From positions 1 to 62,803 of the forward strand of contig CAZAOE010000004.1 in NCBI GenBank assembly GCA_964486685.1: a stretch of DNA of 62,803 bases, read 5' to 3'. Position 1 is the first letter of the stretch. Each line of letters starts with the position of its first letter. The notes under the pieces are model-generated. The model worked only from the letters and a program-made list of their open reading frames with translations, ran no database searches and had not been told where the DNA came from. A program made the translations under genes and the position numbers. Of this stretch, positions 52,080-60,629 are shown piece by piece. The stretch is from an uncultured Gammaproteobacteria bacterium. Its GTDB lineage: Bacteria; Patescibacteriota; Patescibacteriia; UBA1558; S5-K13.

Positions 52080-52195
52080 CTGTTCCTCCTACTATTTTTT
52101 GTATTTTTTATTATCTTATTTTCTAAATTGTCAATATATAAATTTAACAAAAAAATTCTAAAAAAGCAAGGGTAAAAAACCAAAATTTTCTGCTA

Positions 52196-52224
52196 TTGAC
52201 AAAGCGTTTTAGATATGCTATACT
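52196..52224 (+). promoter_or_regulatory. near-consensus sigma70 promoter TTGACA-17-TATACT
   Basis: TTGACA at 52196-52201, 17-nt spacer AAGCGTTTTAGATATGC, TATACT at 52219-52224. About 150 nt upstream of ATG 52375. Confidence 0.65.
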
Positions 52225-52335
52225 GAAACAGTAAGTTAAAAACTTACCAAAAATAAAAACCAAAATCAAAAAATACCTTAGATGAAAGTCGAGGTAAAAA
52301 CAAAACACAATAAGAGTAATTTTAGCTATATTTAT

Positions 52336-52367
52336 AAAGTACTTTGATTTTGGTAAAGTACTTTTTT
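52336..52367 (+). terminator. intrinsic-terminator-like hairpin in the 5' leader (AAAGTACTTT-GATTTTGGT-AAAGTACTTT-TTT)
   Basis: 10-bp stem plus U-run, ending 8 nt before the ATG. The segment 52259-52270 is complementary to 52343-52354 (an alternative pairing). Confidence 0.55.
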
Positions 52368-52374
52368 ATATTCT

Positions 52375-52962
52375 ATGATAAAAAAACACCAAAAAATAAT
52401 TCAACTCTTAGTCCTCTCTTTATTTATAATACAGATACTGTTTTTTAATTTTAAAACAACTGAAGCTGAGCCCCTAATATCAGAAACGACTATATTTAAA
52501 CTTATTAATCAAAAAAGGGTGGAAAATAATATCCCTCTCCTAAGCATTAATAATCAGCTTACTGAAGCAGCTATTGATAAGGCCCAATATCTATATAAAA
52601 ATGATTATTTTGACCACGAGTCCAAAGATGGTCAAAAAACATTTTCTTATTGGATAAAAGAGACTGGCTATGAATATTCTTTTGTCGGAGAAAATTTAGC
52701 TACTAACTTTAAAAATAATCAAGACCTTATTCAGGCCTGGATGGATTCTCCTAGTCATCAGGAAAATTTACTTAATGAAAATTATTTAGAAACCGGCATT
52801 GCGGTCTATAAAAACATTATTGTTCAAATATTCGGTCGACCAGCCGAGATGCCAATGTCTATTCAAAAAACAATTGGCAACCATATTTCAGAAAATCTGA
52901 TTTTATATATTAGTTCTGGAAATAAATTAGATTATAAATTAGAAACTAATAGTTTAACTTAA
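52375..52962 (+). CDS. CAP/SCP (YkwD-like) domain secreted protein
   Basis: 195 aa with an N-terminal signal/anchor, then YFDHES...GENLA...W..SPSHQENLLN motifs. Confidence 0.8.
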   Translation: MIKKHQKIIQLLVLSLFIIQILFFNFKTTEAEPLISETTIFKLINQKRVENNIPLLSINNQLTEAAIDKAQYLYKNDYFDHESKDGQKTFSYWIKETGYEYSFVGENLATNFKNNQDLIQAWMDSPSHQENLLNENYLETGIAVYKNIIVQIFGRPAEMPMSIQKTIGNHISENLILYISSGNKLDYKLETNSLT

Positions 52963-53748
52963 AAAAATTAAAATTATAATTGCGATAATAAGACGATAAA
53001 CAGCAAAGCTATATAAACCATATCTATTCTGTAAAAGCTTCATTAAAATCTTAATCGCCAATATACTAAAAACAAAAGAAATTAGAAAACCCAAAATATA
53101 TATTTTAAAATGATTGATATCTAAAAATGAAATATCAATTATTTTTTTTAATCCAGCTCCAAACAACAAAGGTATGGCCATTAAAAAAGAAAATTTAGCG
53201 GCCTCAATTCTGCTCAAGCCCCTCTGCATTCCTCCCACAATAGTAATCCCGCTTCTAGACATTCCTGGAATAAAAGCCAAGCACTGCATCAAGCCAATTA
53301 TAATACTGTCTTTAAAATTCAAATTTTTTAAATCTTTATTTATCTTAAAAAATCTTTCTGCTAAAATAAAAATAATAGAGCCAAATATTAAGGCACTAGC
53401 TACTATTAAAGGACTTCTTAATTCTTCAATAAAATCTTCTAAAAAATAGCCTACTAGCACAGCCGGTAAAATAGCAACAACTATAAACAACAAAAAATTA
53501 TGTTTAAAGTTTTTAGTTTTTAAATCAACTACAAGATTTTTACTTATCTTAATTATCTCTGGCCAAAAATAAATAATAACCGCCAATAAGCTTCCAGCGT
53601 GTAAAAAAACATCAAAACTCGCAGTATTTAAAATCCCTGAATCCAAAATACGATGAACAATTATTAAGTGCCCCGAACTAGAAACTGGTAAAAATTCAGT
53701 TAAGGCCTGAACTATGGATAAAATTATAGTATTTAAATAAATCATCAT
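52954..53748 (-). CDS. uppP: undecaprenyl-diphosphate phosphatase
   Basis: 264 aa with EFLPVSSSGHL and PGMSRSGITI motifs. 8 TM helices. Confidence 0.9.
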   Translation of the reverse strand: MMIYLNTIILSIVQALTEFLPVSSSGHLIIVHRILDSGILNTASFDVFLHAGSLLAVIIYFWPEIIKISKNLVVDLKTKNFKHNFLLFIVVAILPAVLVGYFLEDFIEELRSPLIVASALIFGSIIFILAERFFKINKDLKNLNFKDSIIIGLMQCLAFIPGMSRSGITIVGGMQRGLSRIEAAKFSFLMAIPLLFGAGLKKIIDISFLDINHFKIYILGFLISFVFSILAIKILMKLLQNRYGLYSFAVYRLIIAIIILIFLS

Positions 53749-53797
53749 TGTATATTTTTTAATTTCACCTTATAATTATATTATAATATTAAAAATT

Positions 53798-54229
53798 ATG
53801 GAATATAAATTAATCCTCATACCTATTTTAGTGGTCTTAATCTCTCAAATCATTTTAAAGCCCCTAATTGAAATGATTAAGGGTACTTGGACTTGGAAAA
53901 ATATCACTGCTTATGGCGGTATGCCTTCTGCTCATAGTGCCTTGGTTTCTTCTCTGGCAACTGTAGTTGGATTAAACCAGGGGTGGCAATCAGCTAGCTT
54001 TGCTATTAGTTTAGTGCTGGCTATTATAGTAATTACTGATGCTATTGGCTTTCGAGCTTATTTAACCGAACACAGTAAGGCCATTAATAAATTAATTATT
54101 GATTTACCGGATGAATTTGAATATAAGTATAAAACTTTAAATGAAAGAGTTTCTCATACCATGCCTGAAGTTTTGGCTGGGACTGCAGTTGGAATAATTT
54201 TTGCTTGGATATTGTTTCAAATAATATAA
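53798..54229 (+). CDS. divergent PAP2-family membrane phosphatase (DUF212)
   Basis: 143 aa with YGGMPSAHSALVSSLA and H..EV..G motifs. Confidence 0.75.
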   Translation: MEYKLILIPILVVLISQIILKPLIEMIKGTWTWKNITAYGGMPSAHSALVSSLATVVGLNQGWQSASFAISLVLAIIVITDAIGFRAYLTEHSKAINKLIIDLPDEFEYKYKTLNERVSHTMPEVLAGTAVGIIFAWILFQII

Positions 54230-54309
54230 CCCCCTCTTTGTCTCCCCTTACCCCTCCGTCCTACGGACACCTCCCCTTAACAAGGGGAGGAAGGGGGGAG
54301 AATAATTCT
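54229..54309. repeat. GC-rich double-hairpin element, inverted copy of 49067-49165
   Basis: CCCCCTCTTTGTCTCCCCTTACCCCTCCGTCCTACGGACACCTCCCCTTAACAAGGGGAGGAAGGGGGGAGAATAATT. Confidence 0.85.
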
Positions 54310-54665
54310 ACGCCTTGTTGGAGTCTCTCATTAGAGGACTCCAACATTTTCAATAATTGCTGAAACTTAGCGTCAAATATCGTTTAGGTTTTGAATAATC
54401 CCACCACTCCTTTACTTCCCCTCCTCATCTGAGGAGGGGAGGGCCTATGTGGCTATTCCAATGTAGTATCTAGAATAGTTAGGACCCCTCCTTACCAAGG
54501 AGGGGCATGGGGAGGTTATATTATGGCTTTTATAGGAATTATTTTCATTAATTTTTAACCCCCCTACCTTCATCCCCCACTTTTTTCAAAAAGTGGGGGG
54601 CTACGGCCGGCAGGCTTTATCTCCCCTTATTAAGACTGAACAATTATTGTGTTCAGTATTTTTTA

Positions 54666-55433
54666 TTAGATTAAAGATTTAGTTTTTACTGAATCGGGAA
54701 TAGAAAGGCCTAAAATTTTTAAAATTGTTGGATAAAGTTGATTAATTTCACCACTAAATTTTTGATTTTTCAAATCTTGCTTATAATTGAAATCTATAAA
54801 GCTTTTGTTTTTCCAGGCCTTAGAAATTAAAAATAAGGGTACTAAATTTTTTTCCTGATTAAATCCACTATCTGCCGTGATTAAAAGTCCCCCATTATAA
54901 GATAAGACAATTTCTACTAATTTTTTAATATTTTTATCTATTATTTTAAAAATATATTTAAAATTATCAGTAGTATCCAAAAGATCGTCGTAATTTATAA
55001 GCATAAAATCATAATAAGCACGACCGACCTCTTTGATGGCTTGCTGGGTTATTTTCTTGGTATTATATATAGAAAAATTATCTGATATTAAATTATTATT
55101 TAATTTCAACCAATCCTCTTTTTTATGCTTAGTCCTTTTTTGACTATTAAAATAATAACTTATATATGCATAGGAATTAATAGTGGCTAAATGTAATTGG
55201 CTTAAATCAGCATCGCTGATAACTTGAGCCAAAGGAATATTATTTTCTTGATTTCCTCTGCCCATATCTAAATAATTTTTAAATAAATCCTTGCGAGAAG
55301 CATAATGTGATTTTAAAACTAAAAAAGGATAACTCTGAACCAAACTATTTAAATAAGAAAAATTAGCAGATAAATCATTTAAATTTAATCCGCTAATAAT
55401 AATCAAACATAATGGTTTTGGTCTATCAATCAT
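54666..55433 (-). CDS. truncated, catalytically degenerate paralogue of cofactor-independent phosphoglycerate mutase
   Basis: 255 aa. The N- and C-terminal segments parallel the neighbouring gpmI (LCLIIISGLN vs ILIILDGWGL; ITADSGFN vs ITADHGN; QLYPTILKILGL vs DIAPTILDIFGL). The middle domain is missing. Confidence 0.55.
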   Translation of the reverse strand: MIDRPKPLCLIIISGLNLNDLSANFSYLNSLVQSYPFLVLKSHYASRKDLFKNYLDMGRGNQENNIPLAQVISDADLSQLHLATINSYAYISYYFNSQKRTKHKKEDWLKLNNNLISDNFSIYNTKKITQQAIKEVGRAYYDFMLINYDDLLDTTDNFKYIFKIIDKNIKKLVEIVLSYNGGLLITADSGFNQEKNLVPLFLISKAWKNKSFIDFNYKQDLKNQKFSGEINQLYPTILKILGLSIPDSVKTKSLI

Positions 55434-55567
55434 ATTATACTAATATTAGAAATTTGTTAAGTCGAAATTTGAAAATAGTAATAGAAAGTAGAAATTAGAA
55501 ATTCGTTATTAATGATTTTCGATTTTCGATTTTCTATTACGAATTTCTATTTTCTAGCAACTATTTT

Positions 55568-55640
55568 CTAATTAGTATATTAGTATCATTTAATCTAATT
55601 AGTATATTAGTATCATTTAATTAGTATCATTTGTATTAAT
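55568..55640. repeat. 27-nt tandem repeat CTAATTAGTATATTAGTATCATTTAAT x2 plus a partial unit
   Basis: 55568-55594 and 55595-55621 are identical, followed by TAGTATCATTTGTATTAAT. Confidence 0.9.
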
Positions 55641-55653
55641 TGCTATCGCTTAA

Positions 55654-57204
55654 TTACTTTTTCAATAAAGATTGCCCAGTCATTAAACGAGGCTTTTGCA
55701 GACCAAAAATATCTAAAATTGTAGGAGCAATATCTCCTAATTTACCTTTTTGCAATCTTTTCTTTTTTAAATCTGGATGGATTAAAATAAAAGGTACTGG
55801 TGCACAAGAATGTTTGGTGTCAACCTCTCCAGTTTTTAAATTAATCATTTCCTCAATATTACCATGGTCAGCAGTAATTATCATCGCAAAATTCTTTTTC
55901 TTCTGTAAGGCCTTATATATTAAGCCCAAAGAATAATCTACGGCTGCCACGGCTTTAATACCGGCCTCTAAATCTCCAGTGTGAGCAACCATATCTGGGT
56001 TAGGATAATTAACTACTATAAAATCATATTTATCTTTATTAATATAATTAATAATTTTCTTAGTTAAAATTTTAGAACTCATTTCCGGCTTTTGAGCATA
56101 AGAACGAACATGAGGAGAAGGAATCATTTCTCTATTTTCACCAGCCACGGGGTCTTTATAACCACCATTAAAAAAATAAGTTACATGGGCATATTTTTCG
56201 CTTTCCGAAATATACAATTGCCGATAGTCCTTTAATTGCATGGGTAGGGTCTCTTCAATATCTCGAGAGGGAAAGGCAGCTAAAATACCGTCTAAATCAG
56301 GACCAAAGTCAGTCATAGAAACAAATTTGATATTCTTTAATTTTTTTCTATTTATCTTACAATTTTTATTACGATCATAAAGATCTTGCTGTACGAAAAG
56401 CTTAGTTAATTGTCTGGCTCTATCAGACCTTAAATTAAAAAATATAATTGCATCATCATTCTTTATTTTAACAATTGGCTGGCCTTTTTTAGTAACTACT
56501 GTGGGCTTTATGAATTCATCCGATTCTTCCCTATTATAGGCCTGAACCATAGCTTCTTCTGGCGACTCAACTTTTAAGCCCTTGCCAGCAGTCATAGCCT
56601 CATAGGCCCTTTCTGTTCTAGACCAATTTTTATTTCTATCCATGGCATAAAATCTACCCATAATAGTAGCTATTTTTTCTTTATTTTTAAAATTATTTTT
56701 TAGATCCTTTAAAAAATTTATACTGGCGTGTTGAGAAGAATCCCGACCATCAGTAAAAAGATGTAAATAAACATTTTTCACACCCTTTTTTCCTAATAAA
56801 TTCAATAAAAAATCTAAATGTTCTGGATTAACATGAGCACTCTGGATTCCACTTAAAAGGCCTACTAAATGAAGGTTGGATTTATTTTTTTGAACATGAT
56901 TAATGGCCTCTAGAAAAGCTGAATTTTTATCAAATAAACCATCTTTAATAGCTTCGTTAATATAGATATCATCTTGCAATACGGTTCGACCGGCTCCAAT
57001 ATTCATATGACCGGCTTCTGAATTTCCATCCTGATCTTTGAGTAATCCTACTTGTATTCCATGCGCTATTAATTTAGTGTGTGGATATTTTTTCCACAAA
57101 AAATCATAATTAGGGGTTTGAGCCAAACTAATAGCATTACCTTTAGCCGGTACTGCCAAGCCCCAACCATCTAAAATAATTAAGATACATTTTTTTATTT
57201 TCAT
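55654..57204 (-). CDS. gpmI: 2,3-bisphosphoglycerate-independent phosphoglycerate mutase
   Basis: 516 aa with ILDGWG, GNSEAGHMNIGAGR (catalytic Ser) and ITADHGN motifs. Confidence 0.95.
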   Translation of the reverse strand: MKIKKCILIILDGWGLAVPAKGNAISLAQTPNYDFLWKKYPHTKLIAHGIQVGLLKDQDGNSEAGHMNIGAGRTVLQDDIYINEAIKDGLFDKNSAFLEAINHVQKNKSNLHLVGLLSGIQSAHVNPEHLDFLLNLLGKKGVKNVYLHLFTDGRDSSQHASINFLKDLKNNFKNKEKIATIMGRFYAMDRNKNWSRTERAYEAMTAGKGLKVESPEEAMVQAYNREESDEFIKPTVVTKKGQPIVKIKNDDAIIFFNLRSDRARQLTKLFVQQDLYDRNKNCKINRKKLKNIKFVSMTDFGPDLDGILAAFPSRDIEETLPMQLKDYRQLYISESEKYAHVTYFFNGGYKDPVAGENREMIPSPHVRSYAQKPEMSSKILTKKIINYINKDKYDFIVVNYPNPDMVAHTGDLEAGIKAVAAVDYSLGLIYKALQKKKNFAMIITADHGNIEEMINLKTGEVDTKHSCAPVPFILIHPDLKKKRLQKGKLGDIAPTILDIFGLQKPRLMTGQSLLKK

Positions 57205-57342
57205 ATACGAATTATTATAATGCTAATATACGAATTAATACTAATTATACAAATACAATACAAATAAATCACTTGAAGATAAAATAATCACTTAAAAATT
57301 AGTATAATATTCGTATTATTAGTATACATTAGCATATTGGCA

Positions 57343-58602
57343 TTATATCAATTCATCTTCAATATTTAATAAGCGATTATATTTACAAATCCTTTCGCCT
57401 CTACAAATAGAACCAGTTTTAATATGTTCTGCTCCACATCCAACAGCTAAATCAGCAATAAAATCATCACAGGTTTCACCACTCCGGTGAGAAACAACAA
57501 TAGACATCTTATTATCTTGGGCCAATTTAATACAATCAATAGTTTCTTTAATGGTGCCAATTTGATTTGGTTTAATAATAATAGCATTAGCGGCTTGTAA
57601 ATCAATACCCTTTTTCAATCTTTGCACATTAGTAGTAAAAAGGTCATCTCCAATTAATAAAATGTCTTTATCAATTAAATTCAAGGCCTGATTAAATTCT
57701 ACCCAATGCTTCCAATCCTCTTCATCTAAGGGGTCTTCAAAATAAGCTAAAGGATATTTTTTTAACCAATCAATATAATAATTAATCATTTCCGTAGAAT
57801 TTAAATTCTTTTGCTCTAATTTGATTTGATATTTACGAGAATGCTGATTATAAAATGTACAAGCCCCAGCATCTAAGCCCAATCTTACTTTTTCTGTATA
57901 GCCAGTTTGCTGAATAGCTTTTAAAATCATATCCCAAGCATCATCTGTTTTCTTTAAATCCGGAGCATAACCACCTTCATTACCAATATCAGTATCATAA
58001 CCGCCTTGGGATAATATTTCTCCAAACTTATGAAAAATTTCTGAGCTGGCCCTTAAGCGTTCTTTAAAACTATTAAATTTTTCCGGTATAATCCACAGCT
58101 CTTGAAAATCCAAATTAGTATCAGCATGTTTACCGCCATTGAATATATTAACCAAGGGAATTGGCAAACTAGGACTAACAGAAAATTTATAATATTGATT
58201 AATAAATTTATAAAGAGGTAAATTATTAATTCCAGCACAGGCCTTATTAATGGCTATAGAAACAGCTATAATAGCATTGGCTCCTAAATTACTTTTATCA
58301 GCGGTATCATCCAATGCTAATAATTTTTCATCAATAACTATGGGGTCAGAAACATCTATTCCGTGTAAAGCATCGTTAATTAAAGAATTAATATTATGCA
58401 CAGCCCCTAAAACTCCTTGGCCATTATATCTGGTCCTGTCTCCATCTCTTAATTCTTTGGCTTCTGAACTACCCGTAGAGGCCCCTGAAGGAGTAGAAGC
58501 AAAATAATAGCTATCATCATTTAAAAAAACTGTAGCGCTAACAGTAGGATTACCTCGAGAATCCAAAATTTCCCGACCGATTATTTTATCTATTTTAGGC
58601 AT
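57343..58602 (-). CDS. eno: enolase
   Basis: 419 aa with SHRSGETCDDFIADLAVG and IKPNQIGT motifs. Confidence 0.95.
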   Translation of the reverse strand: MPKIDKIIGREILDSRGNPTVSATVFLNDDSYYFASTPSGASTGSSEAKELRDGDRTRYNGQGVLGAVHNINSLINDALHGIDVSDPIVIDEKLLALDDTADKSNLGANAIIAVSIAINKACAGINNLPLYKFINQYYKFSVSPSLPIPLVNIFNGGKHADTNLDFQELWIIPEKFNSFKERLRASSEIFHKFGEILSQGGYDTDIGNEGGYAPDLKKTDDAWDMILKAIQQTGYTEKVRLGLDAGACTFYNQHSRKYQIKLEQKNLNSTEMINYYIDWLKKYPLAYFEDPLDEEDWKHWVEFNQALNLIDKDILLIGDDLFTTNVQRLKKGIDLQAANAIIIKPNQIGTIKETIDCIKLAQDNKMSIVVSHRSGETCDDFIADLAVGCGAEHIKTGSICRGERICKYNRLLNIEDELI

Positions 58603-58650
58603 GGCTTTAAATGGTTAAATAATTTAGTTATAATCGCTTTTCTCTAATTT

Positions 58651-58765
58651 TTAACCCCTCTTTGTCTCCCCTTGGTAAGGGGAGAATAATTAGGACCCCT
58701 CCTTACCCCGTACAAAAGCTTCGCTTTATACGGGGCGAGGCCAAAGAGGGGTTAGGGGAGGTTAA
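58651..58765. repeat. nested GC-rich hairpin cluster (TCTCCCCTTGGTAAGGGGAGA plus the CCCCGTA...TACGGGG core)
   Basis: Outer arms TTAACCCCTCTTTG and CAAAGAGGGGTTA. The inner 35-nt core is identical to 45571-45605. Confidence 0.85.
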
Positions 58766-59109
58766 AAATACTTTTTAATCTTTTCTATAACTCTATCTAA
58801 ATCTTCATATATTTCCAAATTACTGAAGCGTAAGAATTTGATACCTAGTGATTCTATATATTTTTGTCTATTATTATCATATTTTATGGCATCAATATGT
58901 GAATCACCATCTATTTCAATAGCTAGTTTTAGTATTGGACAATAAAAATCAATAACAAACTGTTTTACACTATATTGTCGACGAAATTTATAACCACTTA
59001 ATTGTTTATTGTTTAATTTCTTCCATAAAATCCATTCAGCTAATGGCATATTATTTCTTAACAATTTTCTTTTTTCTGTTTCTGATTTTTTATTAAATAA
59101 TTTAGTCAT
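58762..59109 (-). CDS. DUF559 (Vsr/endonuclease-like fold) protein
   Basis: MTKLFNKKSETEKRKLLRNNMPLAEWILWKKLNNKQLSGYKFRRQYSVKQFVIDFYCPILKLAIEIDGDSH... is the DUF559 pattern. The track's upstream 26 codons translate a repeat. Confidence 0.8.
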   Translation of the reverse strand: MTKLFNKKSETEKRKLLRNNMPLAEWILWKKLNNKQLSGYKFRRQYSVKQFVIDFYCPILKLAIEIDGDSHIDAIKYDNNRQKYIESLGIKFLRFSNLEIYEDLDRVIEKIKKYF

Positions 59110-59276
59110 AATCGCTTTTCTATTTAAATTTATTAATATAACCCCTCTTAATCTCCCCTTGGTAAGGGGAGAATGGTTGGTAGACAACCCATATTTGTCT
59201 CCCCTTGCTTGCCCTGAGCGAAGTCCCGTTTAGTGGGACGACGTCGAGGGAGTAAGGGGAGAATAATTAAAATTTA

Positions 59277-60470
59277 CTAACTATTAAACTTTTTATAATT
59301 TTTTTCTAAGGCCTTTAATGCTGGTAATTCATTTCCTGCTAAAAATTCTAAAGAAGCACCTCCGCCTGTGGAAACATGCGTCATTTTTTCTTCTAAGCCC
59401 AAACTTTCTATAGCACTAGCTGTGTCCCCTCCTCCTATAATTTTAACAGCTTTTAAATTAGAAATAAAATTGGCTATGGATCTGGTGCCTGCAGAAAAAT
59501 TAGTCCATTCAAAAACTCCCAAAGTACCAGCCCAGACAATAGTTTGGGCATCTGTTAATATTTCTTCATAATTAGTAATGGTCTGAGGACCAATATCTAA
59601 AATCGTTTTTTCCGCAGGAATGTCTTTTATATCAATAATTTCAAACTTGGATTGGCTATCAAATTTATTAGCCACTACTAAGTCCTCGGGTAAAATAATT
59701 TTATCTGCATGAGTATTAATAATTTTTTTAGCAAATTCCAAGGTCTTTTGGTCAAATTTAGAAAACCCAATATTGACACCTTGTGCTTTTAAAAATGTAT
59801 TAGCTAAAACCCCGCCAATTAAAAATTTGTCAACTCTGTCCATTAATAATTCTATTACTCCTATTTTATCTGATTTTACCCCACCAATAATAGCATAAAA
59901 GGGCTGGACAGGGTTTTTTATAACTTGATTTAAATTTTCTACTTCATTTTGGACAATAAAACCAGCGCAACTAGGAATAAATTTTTGAATACCGGCAATA
60001 GAAGCGTAATTACGATGGGCCTGGCCAAAACAATCAAAAACAAAAATATCTGCATAATCAGCTAACTTTTTAGCGTAGTCATCGGAATTTTTAATTTCAC
60101 CTGGATCAAATTGAATATTTTCCAACATAATAATTTCCCCAAATTTCATTTCTTTAATAGCCAGTTTAACATCATTTCCTAAAACATCATCTAATTTTTT
60201 TACTGGTTTTTGAATAATTTCTGATAAAGTTTGAGCAATTTTATCAACTCTTAATTTTTCTATTATTTCCCCTTGGGGTCGACCAAAATGAGTAGCAATA
60301 ATAAGTTTAACATTTTGGTCTAAAAGATAATTAATGGTCTTTAATGATTTTTTTATTCGCCAATTATTTAATATATTTCCTTGCTCATCAATGGGCAAAT
60401 TAAAATCTACGCGGAGTAAAACCCTCTTATTTTTAAAATCAAAATCTTTTAATGTTTTAAATTTATACAT
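59277..60470 (-). CDS. pgk: phosphoglycerate kinase
   Basis: RVDFNLP, the ATHFGRP-type motif and GGGDTA/STGGGASLEFL. ATG 60470 (MYKFKTL) is preferred because the upstream 12 codons lie in a repeat. Confidence 0.95.
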   Translation of the reverse strand: MYKFKTLKDFDFKNKRVLLRVDFNLPIDEQGNILNNWRIKKSLKTINYLLDQNVKLIIATHFGRPQGEIIEKLRVDKIAQTLSEIIQKPVKKLDDVLGNDVKLAIKEMKFGEIIMLENIQFDPGEIKNSDDYAKKLADYADIFVFDCFGQAHRNYASIAGIQKFIPSCAGFIVQNEVENLNQVIKNPVQPFYAIIGGVKSDKIGVIELLMDRVDKFLIGGVLANTFLKAQGVNIGFSKFDQKTLEFAKKIINTHADKIILPEDLVVANKFDSQSKFEIIDIKDIPAEKTILDIGPQTITNYEEILTDAQTIVWAGTLGVFEWTNFSAGTRSIANFISNLKAVKIIGGGDTASAIESLGLEEKMTHVSTGGGASLEFLAGNELPALKALEKNYKKFNS

Positions 60471-60539
60471 CCCATTAGCCCCGTTTAGAGATAAATCCAT
60501 CACCAAATTTTAAATTTGGTGATGGGATAAATCTCTAAC

Positions 60540-60629
60540 GGGGTTAGATAATTACTTACCCCCCACCTAATTTTAATAGCTATGAGGTTTTTGATTAATT
60601 ACTCCTGATGCCTAAATTAGGTGTAGGGG
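60540..60629 (-). repeat. element E, copy 2 (inverted relative to 20920-21009)
   Basis: CCCCCCACCTAATTTTAATAGCTATGAGGTTTTTGATTAATTACTCCTGATGCCTAAATTAGGTGTAGGGG. It supplies the last 7 codons and the stop of ORF 60612..61097. Confidence 0.85.

Noticed and set aside
54310-54665. A chain of hairpins (GTTGGAGTCTCT..AGAGGACTCCAAC, CCCCTCCTCATCTGAGGAGGGG, CCCCTCCTTACCAAGGAGGGG, CCCCCCACTTTTTTCAAAAAGTGGGGGG) as a possible structured RNA gene (SRP, RNase P, tmRNA, 6S)
   Set aside because: None of the signature motifs of those RNAs is present, for example GGAAAGUCC for RNase P, the SRP GNAR tetraloop domain, or a tmRNA tRNA-like end with a tag ORF. The hairpins resemble the general GC-rich repeat family.
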